Below, in pieces: positions 17,508-28,600 of a stretch of DNA of 64,000 bases. Position 1 is the first letter of the stretch, and every line of letters begins with the position of its first letter. The notes under the pieces are model-generated. The model made no database searches. It was not told where the DNA came from and was given only the letters and a program-made list of their open reading frames with translations. This DNA is from an uncultured Bacteroidota bacterium. Its GTDB lineage: Bacteria > Bacteroidota > Bacteroidia > Chitinophagales > UBA2359. The translations under genes and the position numbers were made by a program. The DNA is taken from NCBI GenBank assembly GCA_937907475.1, contig CALCIK010000228.1, positions 5,050-69,049 of the forward strand, given 5' to 3'.

Positions 17508-18251
17508 ATGAACTTTAAAGACTATTTTTCTTCGCAATCCGACTTGTATGCTAAATATCGCCCGGATTACCCTGATGACTTATACCAATTTTTGCTCGGG
17601 TTAGTCCCTACACATCAAACAGCTTGGGATTGCGGTACCGGTAATGGGCAAGTAGCCAATCAACTTGCCCATTACTTTGATTCTGTGATAGCAACCGATG
17701 CCAGTCAAGCACAAATCAGCCAAGCACAGCAACATCCCAAAATTCAATATCGTGTCGCTACTGCCGAAAATAGTGGACTTCCTGCTCAGAGTATTGATTT
17801 AATTACCGTTGGTCAGGCTTTGCATTGGTTCAATTTTGAAGCCTTTTATTCCGAAGTACGCAGGGTGGCCAAACCCGATGCTATTCTCGCGGTATGGGGA
17901 TATGAATTGTGCGAGATTGATGATGCGGTTGATTCTGTTGTCATGCACTACTACTCCAACATTTTAGCCGGTTATTGGGCTAAAGAACGTAAGTATGTCG
18001 AAAACAGATACCAAACGATTCCCTTTCCATTCAGAGAACTTGAGGCACCCAATTTATTTCTTTATCTACATTGCAATCTAGCCGATTTCAAAGGCTATCT
18101 GAGCACTTGGTCTGCTGCCCAAAAATACTTGCAACAAGTTGGGGAGAACCCTTTCGATCTGATAGAACAGACATTGTGTGAGGCTTGGGGCGATGGGGAA
18201 GTAGTGAAAACGCTAAAGTTCCCTCTGTTTCTAAGGGTTGCTAAGTTATAA
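17508..18251 (+). CDS. Class I SAM-dependent methyltransferase
   Basis: YAKYRPDYP, AWDCGTGNGQ, DLITVGQALHWF. Confidence 0.9.
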   Translation: MNFKDYFSSQSDLYAKYRPDYPDDLYQFLLGLVPTHQTAWDCGTGNGQVANQLAHYFDSVIATDASQAQISQAQQHPKIQYRVATAENSGLPAQSIDLITVGQALHWFNFEAFYSEVRRVAKPDAILAVWGYELCEIDDAVDSVVMHYYSNILAGYWAKERKYVENRYQTIPFPFRELEAPNLFLYLHCNLADFKGYLSTWSAAQKYLQQVGENPFDLIEQTLCEAWGDGEVVKTLKFPLFLRVAKL

Positions 18252-19505
18252 TGCTTCTGTGGCAGCTAACTCATCGGCTAGCACATTTTTGGCTAATTTT
18301 ATAGGTATGCCAATGTATTTTTGCTCCAGATACCCGACTACCTTTTGCAATAGTGCCTGGGATTTTTCATCCATCTCGGCAATTTCTTTTTGAAAAACGC
18401 TGTTAAAGGCTCTCTCTTTTACCTCTTTTATTTGATCGGGAATAACCGACATTGCTCTTTCAACCCGCCTTTGTCGAATGAGCAGTTTAAATTCAGCCAA
18501 TTTTTCATCAACCATCTGTTGGGCATGTACCATTTCTTCCTTCCTCAAATTAAGGTTGACTTCTGCCAATTCGCGCAATTTTTCTACTTCAATATAGCAA
18601 ATGGGATACTTTCGTTGAATGGTTATTGCCACATCACTGGGCACTGCTAAATCAACAATGATTTTTTTCGAGGTATCTCCGCCAATCAATTGCCGGTAAA
18701 TAGGTTCGGTAATGATGGCATCCTTTGCCCCCGTACACGATATCAAGACATCAAACCCTTCTGTATAAGTTTCAAGACCCGTTAATGGGTATGCCGTACC
18801 TTTTAGCTTGTGGGCCAAATGTTGTGCCGTACTTAAAGTACGGTTAAATAACGCAAAATGTTTAAAGCCTTGTTTAATCAAAAATTTAGCCACTAATGTA
18901 TTCGTCTGCCCCGCCCCAACTAATATAAACCGTGCATTTATATCGGGATTTAGTTCTTGCAATTGTTGCATGGCCAACGATACGACTGATATACTATTTT
19001 CCCCGATACGGGTTCGCGTATAGATGTCTTTGGCTAATGGTATTGCTGTTTTGATAGCCAAACGAATACTATCTCCGGTTAAGTGGTGGGTGTTACAATA
19101 ATCGTAAGCATCTTTTATTTGCCTTAAAATCTCCCTCTCCCCTATTACTAAAGAGTCCAAAGATGTAGCGACTTCAAAAATATGTTTAACCGCATGGGTT
19201 CCTGTGTAAATACTAACCAAGTCCGCCATCTCGGAGAGGCAATGTTCGGGGATGTTAGGATGTAAATGGGCAAAAAAGCGCAATAAATATGCCCTGTCTA
19301 TGGTAGTATTATCCTGAACCATAAAAAAGGTAAGCCGATTACACGTTGCAAGGTACATTAACTCAGATATGCCCAAATCGGATTTTATCTGTTCTAAGGT
19401 TTTTGCTAATTCGGACGGATTGTCGCTTACTGAGGGAAGATATTTGCCAATATGGTTAATATTGGCTGTTTTATGGGTAATGGTGATTACGCTGAAATGG
19501 TTCAC
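18246..19505 (-). CDS. hemA: Glutamyl-tRNA reductase
   Basis: YLATCNR, SLDSLVIGEREILRQ, VGAGQTN, DLAVPSDV. Confidence 0.95.
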   Translation of the reverse strand: MNHFSVITITHKTANINHIGKYLPSVSDNPSELAKTLEQIKSDLGISELMYLATCNRLTFFMVQDNTTIDRAYLLRFFAHLHPNIPEHCLSEMADLVSIYTGTHAVKHIFEVATSLDSLVIGEREILRQIKDAYDYCNTHHLTGDSIRLAIKTAIPLAKDIYTRTRIGENSISVVSLAMQQLQELNPDINARFILVGAGQTNTLVAKFLIKQGFKHFALFNRTLSTAQHLAHKLKGTAYPLTGLETYTEGFDVLISCTGAKDAIITEPIYRQLIGGDTSKKIIVDLAVPSDVAITIQRKYPICYIEVEKLRELAEVNLNLRKEEMVHAQQMVDEKLAEFKLLIRQRRVERAMSVIPDQIKEVKERAFNSVFQKEIAEMDEKSQALLQKVVGYLEQKYIGIPIKLAKNVLADELAATEAL

Positions 19506-19815
19506 AGATATTGCTTAGGTTTTGGGTGCAAATATAGTGCAGTACTTACTCTTACCTGTCATGTTCTTGTAAAGAAGCCCAATTTAAGTTGAGGTAAAAC
19601 TGATGCCGTAAAATCTATGATGGGCTAATTTAGGTCTATTTGTATAGCATACACAACGCTCTACTCCGATATGAAGTTGCAAACAATATAACAAGTTGTG
19701 ACTTGATTGGTTGAACAGATTTTGTTAACCAATTAACGAAGCATCACCTTTTTGTATTGCTCAAATTTGCAATCATCAATGGTGGCTTAAATTATGTTTG
19801 ATTAAGGGAGCGTAA

Positions 19816-20475
19816 TTATTTGCTCAATGTCATCGGAAAATACTGACCATAAGCATTATAGGCAACGCCGGTCATCTGTCTGCCATCAGGACTAATTTCC
19901 AATGAACCGGTATAGGTACTTTGCATGTCCATAGCTTCAAACTGTATCATATTTCCGTCTATATAACCTTGCCCACTTCCGGTATTCACTCCGTTATTCA
20001 TCATTGTAAAAGTTACACTTGACCCATTAATTGAAAAAACATATTGCATGCCCGGATAACCTGCAACATTCCATCTCCCACTTATTTTTATGGGTTTGTA
20101 ATAGACATCGTCTTCTCCTGAGCTTGTCGAACTACCTGACGATGCGTTTCCTCTCTTCTTTTGAGCCTCTAAATCTTTTTTCATTTGCTCCATTTGCCTT
20201 TCTAAGTCCGCTTGCTTTTGTTTGAGTGCTTCCTTTTCGGCATCTGTAGAATTAGTGGGCACAAACCCTCCTCCTTGATTTCCTCCCTGACCCTGTGGAG
20301 TAACCGGGGTTATCTGTTGACCTGTCCCTCCCTCATTAGAGATTTTCTCGGTCTTTTCTTGAGGTATTGTTTCCAACAATTTCGGTACTATGCTTACAAC
20401 AGTTGTCAGCAATCCTATTACTGCTACAATGATAGTAGCAGTAGCTCCTAAGTTCGATTTGCCGCCTTCACTCAT
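19816..20475 (-). CDS. Hypothetical membrane-anchored protein (TM, Gly/Gln linker, coiled coil, beta domain)
   Basis: N-terminal hydrophobic helix, EKEALKQKQADLERQMEQMKKDLE coiled coil, ISGRW-type beta-rich C-terminus. Confidence 0.6.
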   Translation of the reverse strand: MSEGGKSNLGATATIIVAVIGLLTTVVSIVPKLLETIPQEKTEKISNEGGTGQQITPVTPQGQGGNQGGGFVPTNSTDAEKEALKQKQADLERQMEQMKKDLEAQKKRGNASSGSSTSSGEDDVYYKPIKISGRWNVAGYPGMQYVFSINGSSVTFTMMNNGVNTGSGQGYIDGNMIQFEAMDMQSTYTGSLEISPDGRQMTGVAYNAYGQYFPMTLSK

Positions 20476-20556
20476 TTTATTGTATTTTATTTAGACTTGC
20501 AATTACAAAGATACTCACAAAAATAATTTGCGTGTCATAATTTTGAAATCAAATTG

Positions 20557-22482
20557 TTAGGGCATCTTTTCATTCGAGTTATAAATAAGCCTGCCAGCCA
20601 CTTTCAGATAATCCTGTTCGGTGATAATGCCCAGTAATTCACCTTTTCTAACTACTGGTAAGCAGCCTATTCGGTTCTCCTGCATAATCTCAATGGCATG
20701 TTTTAAACTGGCATCAGGGTCAATTACGATAGGATTTTCAATCATCAACTCTTTAACCGTTATCCTTTTTTGTTGTTTTTGATCTGTTGCATAATAGTTT
20801 TGCAACAAATACCTCAAAACTAATCTGGCTGTAACCAACCCGATGAGTTTTCCTGCACTGTTTTCTACGGGTACATACTTCAACCTTTGCCAATCCATGA
20901 TTTCAGCGACTAATTCTATGGCATCGTCTTCATATACCGTAAACAAGTCTGTTTGCATAAAATCTTCTACCAACAAACTTGTCGGATTCCAACCCGCAAT
21001 TTCGTCCAAACTTGCGAGTTCCCAATCATGTACTGCTTCTCCATTTTTTTGACGGCTCACAATTGCTGCGGTAATTGCTGAACGTGCTTCTTCTCTCGAG
21101 GTGACTTTCAATAGTTTATTGTAAGACTTCAATATCCATTGTGAACCTGTTTGCCCAGTTCGAATCCTTTCTTCCAGAATACCCATATATTTACCGATAT
21201 CATCATCGTCTATTTTAGCCTTTCTCAAGCCCTCAATAGCAATCGGGATTAGCTCTTTTAACAACTCAGGGGCATGAATTTTTTTGCCCCCTACCCATGT
21301 AAAAGTTGTGTTCAAGCCATTACGGGCTGCCATGATAAAGTTAGACTTAGCATCTTCAAAATCCAATACTTTGGTGATATCGGGATAATGATCATCCAAT
21401 GCATTCATCAAGCCCAACCAAAATGCAGAATTGGCTACTTCGTCTTTCACTGTAGGACCTGATGGGAAGACTCTGTTTTCGATTCTCAAATGCGGTTTTC
21501 CATCTGTGATACCATAACAAGGGCGATTCCATCGATACACCGTTGAATTATGCACTTGTAATGCACTTAGTTTAGGAATACCTCCTTTTTTTAAAACTTC
21601 AAAAGGATCTTCTACTGCTTCACTACTTGCAAGAAGCACCCTAAACCTCATTATATCCTCGCGGTAAATGTCTAGGATGGATCCGTTTACCCAAGAGTTT
21701 CCAAACATAACCCTTGCACTTCGATTTCTCAAATTATCTCCTATTGTGCGCACATCAATGGATTGTTGAAACAAAGCAATGCGAGTTTCGTGCCATAAAC
21801 GGTGGCCAAATAATAATGGTGAATTAGTAGCAACAGACATTACCGGTCCGGTGATAGCTTGTGCGATATTGTATTTTCGGACAAAGTCATCCGGCGATAC
21901 TTGTAAATGAACTTGAAACCCTGTATTACAACCTTCGACTAAGATGCTGCCATGTTTGGTAATCAATTCGTCTATACCTTGTATTTTCAATTCTACATTG
22001 TTACCCCTTAATTCCTTTAGTGCATCCATCAAGGCTTTGTATCTTGGCTTTGGAGTTAGATACATGTCGTTTAAATCATGCTTTCTGACCGTTGGTAAAA
22101 TTCCGGTTAAGATGAGTTGTGCATTAAAGTACTTCGCTGCATTGTCCAATATCCGTATTAAACGGCCAATTTCCAATTCAAGATTACTCAAACATCTATC
22201 CGTAAAAATTTCCGGATCAATGTTCATTTCCAGATTAAATTGGGCAAGTTCTGTTGTAAACGCCGGGTTGTTGACTTTTTCTAAAACCTGCATATTTAAC
22301 ATAGCCGGTTTCCAGTTTTTGTCTATCAAACACAACTCTTGTTCTGCTCCGATTCGTACTTTATCGGTTTCAAACATGCCCTTTTCCAACATGTACTCCA
22401 AAGCCTTAACATCTCTGAGGATATGAACTAAGAATTCTTGGAGTTTAGCTTTTTCCAGCAATTTAACATTCTCGCTTCCCAT
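20557..22482 (-). CDS. Glutamate-cysteine ligase (GCS2)-family protein fused to a CBS pair
   Basis: IGAEQEL, ELAQFNLE, FQVHLQV, SPLLFG..LWHETRIALFQQS, HLRIENRV; C-terminal MQTDLFTV...IGCLPVV CBS pair. Confidence 0.88.
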   Translation of the reverse strand: MGSENVKLLEKAKLQEFLVHILRDVKALEYMLEKGMFETDKVRIGAEQELCLIDKNWKPAMLNMQVLEKVNNPAFTTELAQFNLEMNIDPEIFTDRCLSNLELEIGRLIRILDNAAKYFNAQLILTGILPTVRKHDLNDMYLTPKPRYKALMDALKELRGNNVELKIQGIDELITKHGSILVEGCNTGFQVHLQVSPDDFVRKYNIAQAITGPVMSVATNSPLLFGHRLWHETRIALFQQSIDVRTIGDNLRNRSARVMFGNSWVNGSILDIYREDIMRFRVLLASSEAVEDPFEVLKKGGIPKLSALQVHNSTVYRWNRPCYGITDGKPHLRIENRVFPSGPTVKDEVANSAFWLGLMNALDDHYPDITKVLDFEDAKSNFIMAARNGLNTTFTWVGGKKIHAPELLKELIPIAIEGLRKAKIDDDDIGKYMGILEERIRTGQTGSQWILKSYNKLLKVTSREEARSAITAAIVSRQKNGEAVHDWELASLDEIAGWNPTSLLVEDFMQTDLFTVYEDDAIELVAEIMDWQRLKYVPVENSAGKLIGLVTARLVLRYLLQNYYATDQKQQKRITVKELMIENPIVIDPDASLKHAIEIMQENRIGCLPVVRKGELLGIITEQDYLKVAGRLIYNSNEKMP

Positions 22483-22583
22483 ATTAGATTAGTGTTGTTT
22501 TTTGCTTTCAAATTTACCAATTTTTCTTCTACTTATTCATCACTCCTTGAAAAGTTTAAAAAAATATTCTTCTCAAGTGCTCA

Positions 22584-22632
22584 TAAAACAAAAAGCCCGA
22601 AAGGGGTTTAATCCTTCCGGGCTTTTGTTTTA
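22584..22632 (-). terminator. Intrinsic terminator of the giant T9SS gene
   Basis: taaaacaaaaagcccg...cgggcttttgtttta stem with A/T tracts on both sides. Confidence 0.8.
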
Positions 22633-22684
22633 TCAGTTCAAAGTAAGGCCTTGCTAATGCAAGACCCTACTAATGAGGCAGAAA

Positions 22685-25600
22685 TTATTCTACAACAAAC
22701 TTGATAGTAGCTACTTCAGTACCGTTGTTGATAGTTAAGAAGTATGTGCCTACGGCATAAGCTTTAACATCAACAGATACATTGTTCATACCACTTAAGG
22801 CATCAACAGCTTGGGTAGCAACTAATTGACCAGTTACATTATAGATGTCCATACGTACAGAAGCGTTAGCTACTGCGCTGAAGTTTACGTTCAACGTTTC
22901 ACGTGCGGGCACGGGGAATACGTTTACGAAACCAAATCCAACTTGACCTCTTACTAAGGTTACAACACCATGGTTTTCAACGTTGCCATTGAAGTCAGTA
23001 GTGCTTAGACGATAGTAGCTTAAACCTGCCGGAGCATTGGTGTGCAAGAAGTCATAATTGTTAGTCAACGAAGTAGTACCGGCACCATCTACGTTAGCGA
23101 TTACTTTGTAAGTAACGCCATCGGTTGAATGTTCGAGTGTAAAGAAGTCGTTGTCAACTTCAGATGCAGTCGTCCATTTCAAGAAGTTACCGTTGTTTTG
23201 TACAGTACCGGTATAGCTTACTATCGTTACAGCTACTTTAGAACAAGCTTCGGGGTTTTCATCAATTGTTTTGATTGCACCTGCAGCGTCGAGTACCGTT
23301 ACAAAGAACGGATCGCCATCTGATTTTGTGAAGCTGAATGAAGTGTTGCTGTTGATAGTACCGTTGTAATCACCTGTTACAGTGAACGGAGCAGTACCGC
23401 CAAGTATGTTTACAAATACAGTGTACTCTGTGTTGTTGTTGATACACTCACGATCCCAAACCACGTTAAGCGGAGCACCTACAGAACCTACTGTCAATAC
23501 AACAGTAGCTGTGCTGGTGTAACCGAATTGGTTTTGAATTTCGTAAGTAATAGCATCTGTTCCAACGAAACCTGGGTTAGGTATGTAGGTAAAGTTACCG
23601 GCAGCATCCCAAATGATAGAACCATTAGCGGGCTGGATAACATTGATTACCTGAATACCAAGACCGTAGTCATTACCAAGTACGTTGAAGTTGATAGGCT
23701 CATCAACTAAGGTAGCTGCGAAGTCATTACCTGCACCCAAACCACAATCTACATCAGGTATGGTTAAGGTAACAGCAGCAGAACATAAGCTACCATCGCT
23801 GGTTACACTTACAGCTACTACTTGACCTGCGTTAAACGGAGTAGCTTCACCGTTGGTAATAGTTCCTTCAACATATCCGTTTGCAGTTGCATCTGCATCC
23901 CAGAAGAAGTCGAATGAATTAGTAGGATCGGGAACTACACCGTAAGAACCAGCACCATTGTATTGAGGAGCACCACCGGAGATACGTACTTGAAGTACAT
24001 AACCACCTAATACATCATCACATACTGGGGTAACTTCGATAACGATGTCGTTTACTACATCAACTGTAATAGGACCAGCAACATCAATTACACCTGCTGG
24101 AACAGATCCAACGATAGCAATGATATCGCTCACAGATGTTGCACCTGGAGTGATAGCGGGTAAGCCACCGGGGAAGCCGGCAAGGCAAAGGTTTGCATAC
24201 CATACTTGATATTGACCTGATTCGCTAACGAATGGGAAGTTACCGCTTAATGAGGTTTGAGATACAAGACCTGTTGCATTGTTGGTCAATACAAAGATAC
24301 CTGCATAACCGGCAGCAGTATTGTTACCGCTTACGAATGCTGTCAAACCGTCAGGAGCACATACTAAACCTGATTGTAAGAGCGACAAGGTACCTGCATC
24401 AGCAGCACATTGTGCGGGGCACTCAGAAGTACCCGTAGCAACGACTGAGCTACAAACTCCACTGTCATCAACAATTAAGGTATAAGTATCACCAGAAGGA
24501 TAGTTGCCTACATAAGTGTTACCTGCAACTGCTTGACCGTTTACAGTGTAGCTACCACTACCACCAGAGATGGTAAGGGTTACAGTGTATTGGTTAGAAG
24601 AAGCACAGTCATCTTGAGAAATGCTTTCGCTTACGCTGATAGGCTCAAGTACGTTGATAGTTACGTTACCGCTTACACCGCAAGAGCTTGAACCGGCACT
24701 GTAGCTAAGTGTATAGGTACCGGCACCTGAAGGTGTGAAAGTGTTGCCACTTACACCACTACCACTCCAAGTGGCAGCAGGTAAACTGATAGATGACAAG
24801 CTACATACAGAAGTGGGGATACCACTTGTATTAACTGAACCTGATTGTTCAACAACGATAGTCAATACATCGCTATCAGCACAAGCAGTTCCTGCATTTA
24901 CAGTGTAAGTAACAGAGAATGTACCTGCAGTAGTAGCATTGAATGAACCTGAACCGTTAGAGAATGTACCACCTGCGGGGCTAGCCAAAGCAGCCAAATC
25001 AATTACATCACCTGTACAAGCACTTACACTTGCAACAGAGAACGATGCGTTAGAACCGGGTAAGATGGTAACTTCTTGTTGACGTACAGTTTGGTTAGCA
25101 ATATCTAAACAAGCTAAGTCATCAGTTACGTCGTCAGCTTCAATTTGGTTGTAGTTGGTGGTGTTATAGTTCACCTCTACGTCCATAATGTCGTTGGTAT
25201 ATAACCACTCTGGGCTAAGTGTCCAATAAGGATTATCCCAATCTTCGGTGTTCAAAGTAACAGGACCATTAGTCATGTTAGAACCAAATGAAGGAGCATG
25301 TTGACTTGCACCACCTTGGTCTAAGTTCGTATAGAAGTTACCTGTAGGAGTACACTGACGATAGTTAATGATAACACGAATGCTAACATTAAACGTAGAA
25401 GGCTCAACAATAAGGTTACGGCAAGTATCTTCTTGGAATTGAATTACGTTGCCTTCATAGATATAAGCAGACAAGTTGCTAACCGTATAAGTAGTTTTAG
25501 CAGTACCTGTACACTCACCTACATAACAGTCATTGTCTAAAGCATCTTCACCATTACCATCGAAGAATGCAGTTTCCCACAAACCATCGTTAAGGTCTTG

Positions 25601-28600
25601 GATACCGGGAGCAGACAATTCATCCGTTGGAGAAGGAGTGAAAGGTTCGTTGCAATCAAAGTTGTAACCATAGGGTTGACCTTGGTAATCAACGTTGTTA
25701 TCGCCACCGTTACCTAATTGATACGGGAACGCATCAATAAACTCACCACGGATACAAGCGTTATCAAGAACGTTTGCACAGTTTTGGCAAATTTCACCGG
25801 GAGTATAAGCCCAGCTAAGGTCACCAATGTTGCAAATATTGCTGTTCCAGTTGGTATCATCGTGAATATCCCAATCGCCGGTTGTACCTGATTGTACGGT
25901 TGAGGAGTTACAGTTGCCTGAGTTTACAGTATAAGTATAAACTTGGAAGTCACCTGCGTTACCTGTACCAATTGTTACAACAACCGTATGGCTGGTGATA
26001 ACAGCATCGTTGGGTAATTCAGTGTTGCCTGTAAGGTCAAGAGAGAATGTATAACGATCGTTGAACCAGTCAGCATCTGCAGTACAGTTATAGTAACCAA
26101 TAGAGTTACTGTAAGCGAAGTCTTCAAGAATACCGGTTTCAACTCCTGTGCCAGGAATTGTGAACGCGCCACCATTGTAAACTAATACCCAAACTAATCC
26201 ATCGTCACCACATAAGTTCTGATATTCAGCAGGAAGTTGGTTACAATGTACTAATTGAAGTGTTCTTTGGTCGCCTAAACTGCTTGTGTTTTGAGATGTA
26301 TCAATGACAGTTGAGGTTAATTGCTCAAATGGTCCTGTAGCCAATGAGAAGCCTTCTTTGTCTTCTACACAAAGTTGACCACCCCAGCTAATGAACTCAA
26401 GCAATTCGCCGGTACATTTGTTCCACAAACCAACACCACCAACGTTGTCGGGCATGTTAACTATAGGGAACCAACGTGAACCAACACCTGCGCCATCAGA
26501 ACATTCGTTTGCACGCTCCCATGGGAAGTCAGTAGCATCTAATGCTACGTCACCTGCATCATACAAGCCGTTATTGTTAACGTCTTCAAACAAACCACCT
26601 GTTGTAGGCTCGTTTCCTAAACCAAACCATTGTGTGGGGTTCACACCAATAGGAGATGGGGTAAAGCCTGCATAATAAGGCACACCACTAGCATTTGAGT
26701 TATTACCACCAAATACATAGTTGTTAAAGGTAGGTGCATAAAGAATAGTACCTGCGGGTGGGTTAGTGTTGTCTTCATCAACAATACCGTATAACTGCAT
26801 GAAGCTGTTTTGGGCAACGTTTGTTAGATGCAACAAACCATCCGGACCAACATAGGTAACGTTTACACCGATACCGTTTGCTACGGTATTAGGCAAAACT
26901 TCTTCTTTGAAGAACGCTAACTGATAGCAAGACAAGTCTGTTCCGGCAGGAGCAGAAATCTCGATACCTTCACAAATCCACAATTGGTTGTATGAATCGT
27001 CTGAGTTATTAGGCGTATTCAATCCAGAGTAGAAGTTGTAAAGAATACAGTGATCATCAGCAGCATTGCTTGCAACAGAATTTTGAGCAGTACCGATTTG
27101 AGATACACCATACTGAGCATACCATTGGTAGTGAAGCTCAGAAAGATACGGAGCAGGCATATTTTCTTCAAAAGTAGTATCTACTGAAGCTTCGAATGAA
27201 CCTGTTCTGGTATAAGGCTGAATGTAGTGTACTTCGTCGTTAATGAGGTCAGTCAAACTGAAATCATCTGAGTTAGCACATACAGGTACTTCAGGAGCAC
27301 TCCATTGATCTTCGATATCCATCAAGACGGTTAAGTAGAAGATACCTTCTGTTGAACCGCAGCTCGTAGAAGTAGGAGGAACTTGATAAGCGAAAGGAAT
27401 TGTATAAACCGGATTAGAACAGTTGAAATGTACAATTTCTTCGTCTAAGTTTGACAATCCACCAGGTTGGTCATCCACTTCAAATTCTTCAATTTCAAAT
27501 GGGGTATAACCATTGAATTTGCAACCGTTTTGGTGGTTGGTATTTTGACCAACGTTTTGACCAACAGCAAATAACTGCCAGCACAAACGCTCGATTTTGA
27601 ACACGTCACCATTGGGAGCAATGTAGTTATAGTAGTAGTCATCACCACCAAGTGCGCTCAAGCCGAAGTTAATAACCCCTGCATTACCACCTGTTCCACC
27701 ACTTTGACCGGCAGCATTACCTTGGAAGGTGCTGTAAGGAGCGGTGTCATCATAAGCTAATTGAGGATCGGTAACGTTCGGTACTTGCCAGCAAGCGTTG
27801 GTGAATTGAATTGAACGACTGTTGCCACCGTTATCAATAACACCTAAGTCAATTGATACCATTGTTGCAGCAGGACCGTTACAAGCTGAGAAGATACCAA
27901 GGTTGGTATTTGCATCAATTCCGTAACCTACAAACTGAACTACGTCGTCGTTGTTTCTCCAGTCAATTTCACGGGTAAGGAAGTGCAAGAAGTCCAAAGA
28001 ACCGGCTTGCATAGCATCAAATTCAGCGTTAGTGTAACCTAAACGCCATGCAGCTTGACGGATATTTACCAATGCAAGACCAGCAGGACCGGCTTGAACA
28101 TCAATAATCGGGTCGAAAGCAACAGCACCATAAGCAATACCGTTTGAGGCAGCTACAGTTACGTTGTCAGAAATTACATCAACATCATCAATAGGAGCAC
28201 CATCGGGTTCGCCATCAGGATGCCAGTTGTAGCTGGTACCACCGTTAGCAACAACAACGCCTCTATAGTCAGTGTGGTAAAGCGGATCGGGTTGGCGTAC
28301 ACCATTGGGTACGTTTCCAACTTCGTAGTTCAATTGCATGATACCATACAAACGACCACTTGCTTTTCCTGTGTTTACACCACCGTCAACATCAACGTTT
28401 CCGTATTCTGTATTATCGGCAGAGTTTGCACGACGATAGAAATAAACTGCATAGTCTGAAAGGTCTGTGCCTTCAGCTGCCATTACCTCTACATATTCCA
28501 TTGCGTTAGAAGAAGCATCATACTCAACCTCAGAGATGAACGGAGCAACTGTACCCATGGTGAACGTGCCACCGTTAAGAACACCACTACCGCTTGGCAA

